A DNA stretch of 64,000 bases. It comes from Desulfatiglandales bacterium (lineage in GTDB: Bacteria > Desulfobacterota > DSM-4660 > Desulfatiglandales > Desulfatiglandaceae). Made by a program: the position numbers and the translations under genes. Positions 60,498 to 64,000 of the stretch are shown piece after piece (positions within the stretch are counted from its first letter, which is position 1; the number at the start of each line of letters is the position of its first letter). The notes under the pieces were generated by a model that saw only the letters and a program-made list of their open reading frames with translations, ran no database searches and had not been told where the DNA came from. The stretch is taken from NCBI GenBank assembly GCA_963666345.1, contig OY762721.1:2944001-3008000 (forward strand). Direction: 5' to 3'.

Positions 60498-61514
60498 TCA
60501 ATTCCACCATATTCCAGGTATACTTGATCCGCACCTTGGACATCTTCCGTCATTTACCATCATAGCCTTCACGTCGAAACCGTAACGGTCTATCAAAAGC
60601 TCGCCGCAGCTGTGACAGAATGTCCTCTCCCCCTCGTCACCCGGGATATTTCCCGTGTATACGTATTTAAGTCCTGATTCAAGGCCTATCTCTCTGGCCC
60701 CTTGAAGGCTTTTTGAGGGAGTGGGTGATCTGTCGGTGAGCCTGTAGTCGGGATGGAACCGGCTTATGTGCCAGGGGATATCCGGATCGAGTCCCGCAAG
60801 GAACCGGGCGATAAGCCTTATTTCTTCCTCAGAGTCATTTAGCCCCGGTATGAGAAGGGTGGTAACCTCAAGCCACACCCCCTGTCTTTTCATTTTTTCG
60901 ATGGTCCTTAGAACCGGGTCCAGTCTTGCCCCGCACTGTCGCCTGTAAAAGCCGTCATTGAACGATTTGAGATCAATGTTTGCAGCGTGAAGATCCGGAT
61001 GGATAAAATCCAGAGACTCTTCGGTCATGTATCCGTTTGAGACAAAAACATTCCTGATTCCCTTTGATGCCGCCACGCGCGCCGTGTCGGATGCCAGTTC
61101 GAAGTATATGGTCGGTTCCGTATAGGTATAGGAAATGGTGGCGCAACCGGTGGCAAGAGCGTCCTTGACGATTTGCTCGGGTGCTATGCTTTGACCCGTT
61201 ATAATTCTTCTGTCATTCGGCATCTGAGAGATATCTGAATTTTGACAGAAAAGACATCTGAAATTACATCCTACGGTTGCGATGGAATAGGAAAGAGTGC
61301 CGGGCAAAAAATGGAACAGCGGCTTTTTCTCTATCGGGTCGCAATGCCTTGCGATCACCTTGTCATAAACGAGGCTGAAAAGGGTTCCTTCCCTGTTTTC
61401 TCTTACCCCGCATATGCCTTTTGCGCCTTGTTTTATGATACACCTGTGATTGCAGAGGTTGCATCCGACCTTTTCATTTTCAAGTTTTTCATAAAGATAT
61501 GCCTCTTTATTCAC
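60498..61514 (-). CDS. amrS: AmmeMemoRadiSam system radical SAM enzyme
   Basis: CNLCNHRC, DPIEKKPLFHF, GCNFRCLFCQN, YTYTEPT. Confidence 0.92.
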   Translation of the reverse strand: MNKEAYLYEKLENEKVGCNLCNHRCIIKQGAKGICGVRENREGTLFSLVYDKVIARHCDPIEKKPLFHFLPGTLSYSIATVGCNFRCLFCQNSDISQMPNDRRIITGQSIAPEQIVKDALATGCATISYTYTEPTIYFELASDTARVAASKGIRNVFVSNGYMTEESLDFIHPDLHAANIDLKSFNDGFYRRQCGARLDPVLRTIEKMKRQGVWLEVTTLLIPGLNDSEEEIRLIARFLAGLDPDIPWHISRFHPDYRLTDRSPTPSKSLQGAREIGLESGLKYVYTGNIPGDEGERTFCHSCGELLIDRYGFDVKAMMVNDGRCPRCGSSIPGIWWN

Positions 61515-62301
61515 CGCTGACTCCTCTGTTGGCGTTAATGTCCCCGATAGTGCTTGAACCGACCAGCGGCGGGGCCGCCTTTTTCAGACGCACCCGTAGC
61601 GGCAGGTTGTCGGTCTTTAATCTGTAGAGCATTCTTGCAGATATCGCGACAAATGAACCGAATGGAGAGCGCCTGCAAAGAGAAGAAACACCTTTGTCCG
61701 ATCCGAGACCCTTGATAAATGACGGCTGACATTGAACCGTGAGCCAGGAAACGGGCACATCTCCATAGGCCTGGAGGATGAATGATTTTAATTGAAAGAG
61801 ATTGTAGAATTTGGCGTTTTTGAAAAGAGGATTTCCCAACAGACCCTGAATCCTGTTACCAATCCCGTTCCATGACAGAGCGTTTATGGCCCCTATGAAG
61901 ATGCTTTTGGAAGAAACGCGTCCTGCCTCCATCAATGCCTGAATCGGATCATTCAGGAATTCGAGGGTATTGATCATAACCGCATAATCGAACTCATTGT
62001 CATCAAAGGGAAGATCCTCCGCCCATCCCATCTTGAGGGTAAATCTTTTGTCCAGCCTTTCTCTGGCCTTCTTCAGCATATGGGAGGAGGCGTCAAGGCC
62101 GGTTGGTTCCATGCCCATTTTCTTTAGTAAAAGCATGTGTTTGCCGGTTCCGCAGCCTATATCGAGGATCCTCTCACCTCTCCTTGGTTCAAGAATTGTT
62201 CGAATCAGATGCTCGATTGAGTTGTCTACGGCCTGTCCCTGATTGGAATTACACCAGGAATCGTATGATAGTTCCGTGTCGTTTTGAAAGACTGTTCCCA
62301 T
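61507..62301 (-). CDS. Class I SAM-dependent methyltransferase
   Basis: ILDIGCGTG, AEDLPFDDNEFD; start uncertain. Confidence 0.88.
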   Translation of the reverse strand: MGTVFQNDTELSYDSWCNSNQGQAVDNSIEHLIRTILEPRRGERILDIGCGTGKHMLLLKKMGMEPTGLDASSHMLKKARERLDKRFTLKMGWAEDLPFDDNEFDYAVMINTLEFLNDPIQALMEAGRVSSKSIFIGAINALSWNGIGNRIQGLLGNPLFKNAKFYNLFQLKSFILQAYGDVPVSWLTVQCQPSFIKGLGSDKGVSSLCRRSPFGSFVAISARMLYRLKTDNLPLRVRLKKAAPPLVGSSTIGDINANRGVSGE

Positions 62302-62783
62302 TTTCCAAGACCTGATGAAGTGATATAGGGACCTGATAAACAAAAGATGCCAATAACCAAGTTATGAAAATGGTCAAAGGGATGCAAGGAGAATCTAACT
62401 CCCTCTTTTGAGATGGTCTTTTTAGTGTTCAACCAATAAAATGACTCCTCTTATAATCTTATGAGACCTTTTCGTGAATATTTGATCAATACAAATATGA
62501 TTTGTCCTGTTTTTAAGCTCCCTATTATACCGCTATATGACGGATAAGCGAAAGGCAGGAGATTTTTTTGAAGAGATTCGGAATCGATTAAAACGGGAAA
62601 CCGCCTCAATGAAAAGATCCTCCGGCCTGTCCAGATAGCCGAAAAATTGATAATAAGAGTCCATAAGTTCCAGATTGGGGATAAATTTTAAATTTAATTG
62701 GAAATAATTGGTAATCCATAAATAAAATTGGTATTTTTATCAACATAATTAGGTTTTTATTCAAAAAAGTAATATTTAAATGT

Positions 62784-63129
62784 GGTTCTTCTCCCAATTA
62801 ATTGGGAGAAAGTGGCCAAGGATTCTAGGGTTCTAGGATTCAAGTGTTTGTTTTTTTTAATCGTTTTATCTGTAAGTAAAAGATATTTAAGTACAAGAAC
62901 TAATTATCTTTTTTACCTCAAGCACACGACTCTTAGATAAAAAAAGCTCAAAAGATGGCATTATTTACTTTAACGGCCTTATATTCCATCTATGGGCGAT
63001 ATAGAGTCTTGACATAATATAATATTGGGCTACGTTCATATTATCGTAATTATTAAGTCTTTCACTCGATCCCTTGACCCTTGGAATCCTTGAATCCTGA
63101 TCATCGACCAACTAATTTGGAGATGATCC
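62784..63129. mobile_element. MITE-like element with 22-bp TIRs and internal inverted octamer arrays
   Basis: GGTTCTTCTCCCAATTAATTGG vs inverted GGATCATCTCCAAATTAGTTGG (18/22); GGATTCTA GGGTTCTA GGATTCAA ... TTGACCCT TGGAATCC TTGAATCC. Confidence 0.75.
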
Positions 63130-63190
63130 TTAAATATTAAACAAAACAATGATCCTTTTCAATGTTTGACTGTCTCAGACTCTTGATACC

Positions 63191-63826
63191 ATGCGCATTA
63201 CTATTATCTACGACAACCGGGTATGCAAAGAAGGGCTAAAGGCGGATTGGGGTTTTTCCTGCCTGATTCAGGATGAGGGAGTAAACCTGTTATTTGATAC
63301 TGGGGCCAGCGGGGCGATACTCCTTGAGAACATGAGGAAACTGGGAATCTCCCCTGAAAAGGTGGATGAGATTTTTATTTCACATTCCCATTTCGATCAC
63401 ACAGGGGGATTACGGGATTTTCTTGAAATAAACCCTTGCAAGGTCTATCTCCCCCGTTCATGCAGTCAACCTGACGGTGCTGGTGAAGTCGTACGGATCG
63501 ACGCTCCCGTGAGACTTCACGGATGTCTATACTCGACAGGGGAACTTGAGAAGATCGAGCAATCACTCATCGTGAAACTGGATGGGGGGCTTGCGGTTAT
63601 TGCAGGGTGTTCACACCCAGGTGTCGGCAGGATACTTGCACAGGCGCGGGAGCTTGGAAGGGTCAGAGCCCTTATAGGGGGGTTGCACGGTTTCAGGGAA
63701 TTTTTCCTTTTAAGAGATATCGATATTGTTTGCCCGACACACTGCACCCAGGCAGTAAGGGAAATCATGTCGCTTTTCCCTGAAAAATATGAAGAGGGAG
63801 GGGCAGGCAGGGTGCTGATGCTCTGA
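63191..63826 (+). CDS. MBL-fold metallo-hydrolase
   Basis: LFDTG, SHSHFDHTGG, GCSHPG, GGLH, PTHCT. Confidence 0.9.
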   Translation: MRITIIYDNRVCKEGLKADWGFSCLIQDEGVNLLFDTGASGAILLENMRKLGISPEKVDEIFISHSHFDHTGGLRDFLEINPCKVYLPRSCSQPDGAGEVVRIDAPVRLHGCLYSTGELEKIEQSLIVKLDGGLAVIAGCSHPGVGRILAQARELGRVRALIGGLHGFREFFLLRDIDIVCPTHCTQAVREIMSLFPEKYEEGGAGRVLML

Positions 63827-63922
63827 AGGAGACGTTCAGGTCATTTTCTACTTGAAAATATTTCATTTATTGGGCTAATCTAACAGCTTTCGTAAATACC
63901 TAAGAGGTGAAGGAGGCCTTTT

Positions 63923-64000
63923 ATGAAAATCGCGGTAAGCGGTAAGGGGGGCGTTGGCAAGACTACCTTCGCCTCTTTTCTAATTAGGGCCCTTGCTGAT
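63923..64000 (+). CDS. CooC/MinD-like P-loop ATPase (5' fragment)
   Basis: AAGGAGG RBS; MKIAVSGKGGVGKTT. Confidence 0.8.
   Translation, partial: MKIAVSGKGGVGKTTFASFLIRALAD

Overview
Bacterial window, most consistent with a Desulfobacterota (deltaproteobacterial) chromosome; this is inferred from gene style, not proven. The left ~42.8 kb looks like the right-hand part of a tRNA-Leu-integrated island. It ends at a 28-bp tRNA 3' fragment at 42762-42789 that is preceded by IHF-consensus sites and a Toprim-primase/helicase gene with a likely origin. The island carries a two-operon gas-vesicle cluster (NtrC-type activator, Hsp20s, CDC48 ATPase, gvpF/L x3, HK/RR; gvpA-C-like-N-V-like-F-G-ArsA-J-K-J) with a sigma54 promoter and a recognisable palindromic operator. 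It also carries a kaiC-kaiB-hybrid kinase operon, HU/IHF genes and many shuffled PAS-HK-REC genes, one interrupted by an IS4-family element. The gvp operons are densely populated by inverted heptamer-repeat arrays. These arrays bracket two four-helix-bundle genes, also occur as gene-less copies and as in-frame insertions inside CDSs, and host a 102-bp element with constant ends and a variable 68-bp core. The right ~21 kb is ordinary chromosome (signalling proteins, two SdhA/NadB-like flavoproteins, tRNA-Lys, tRNA-Arg, rplM-rpsI-truA, amrS, methyltransferase, a MITE-like repeat, MBL hydrolase, start of a CooC/MinD-like gene). No CRISPR array, rRNA or integrase is visible.
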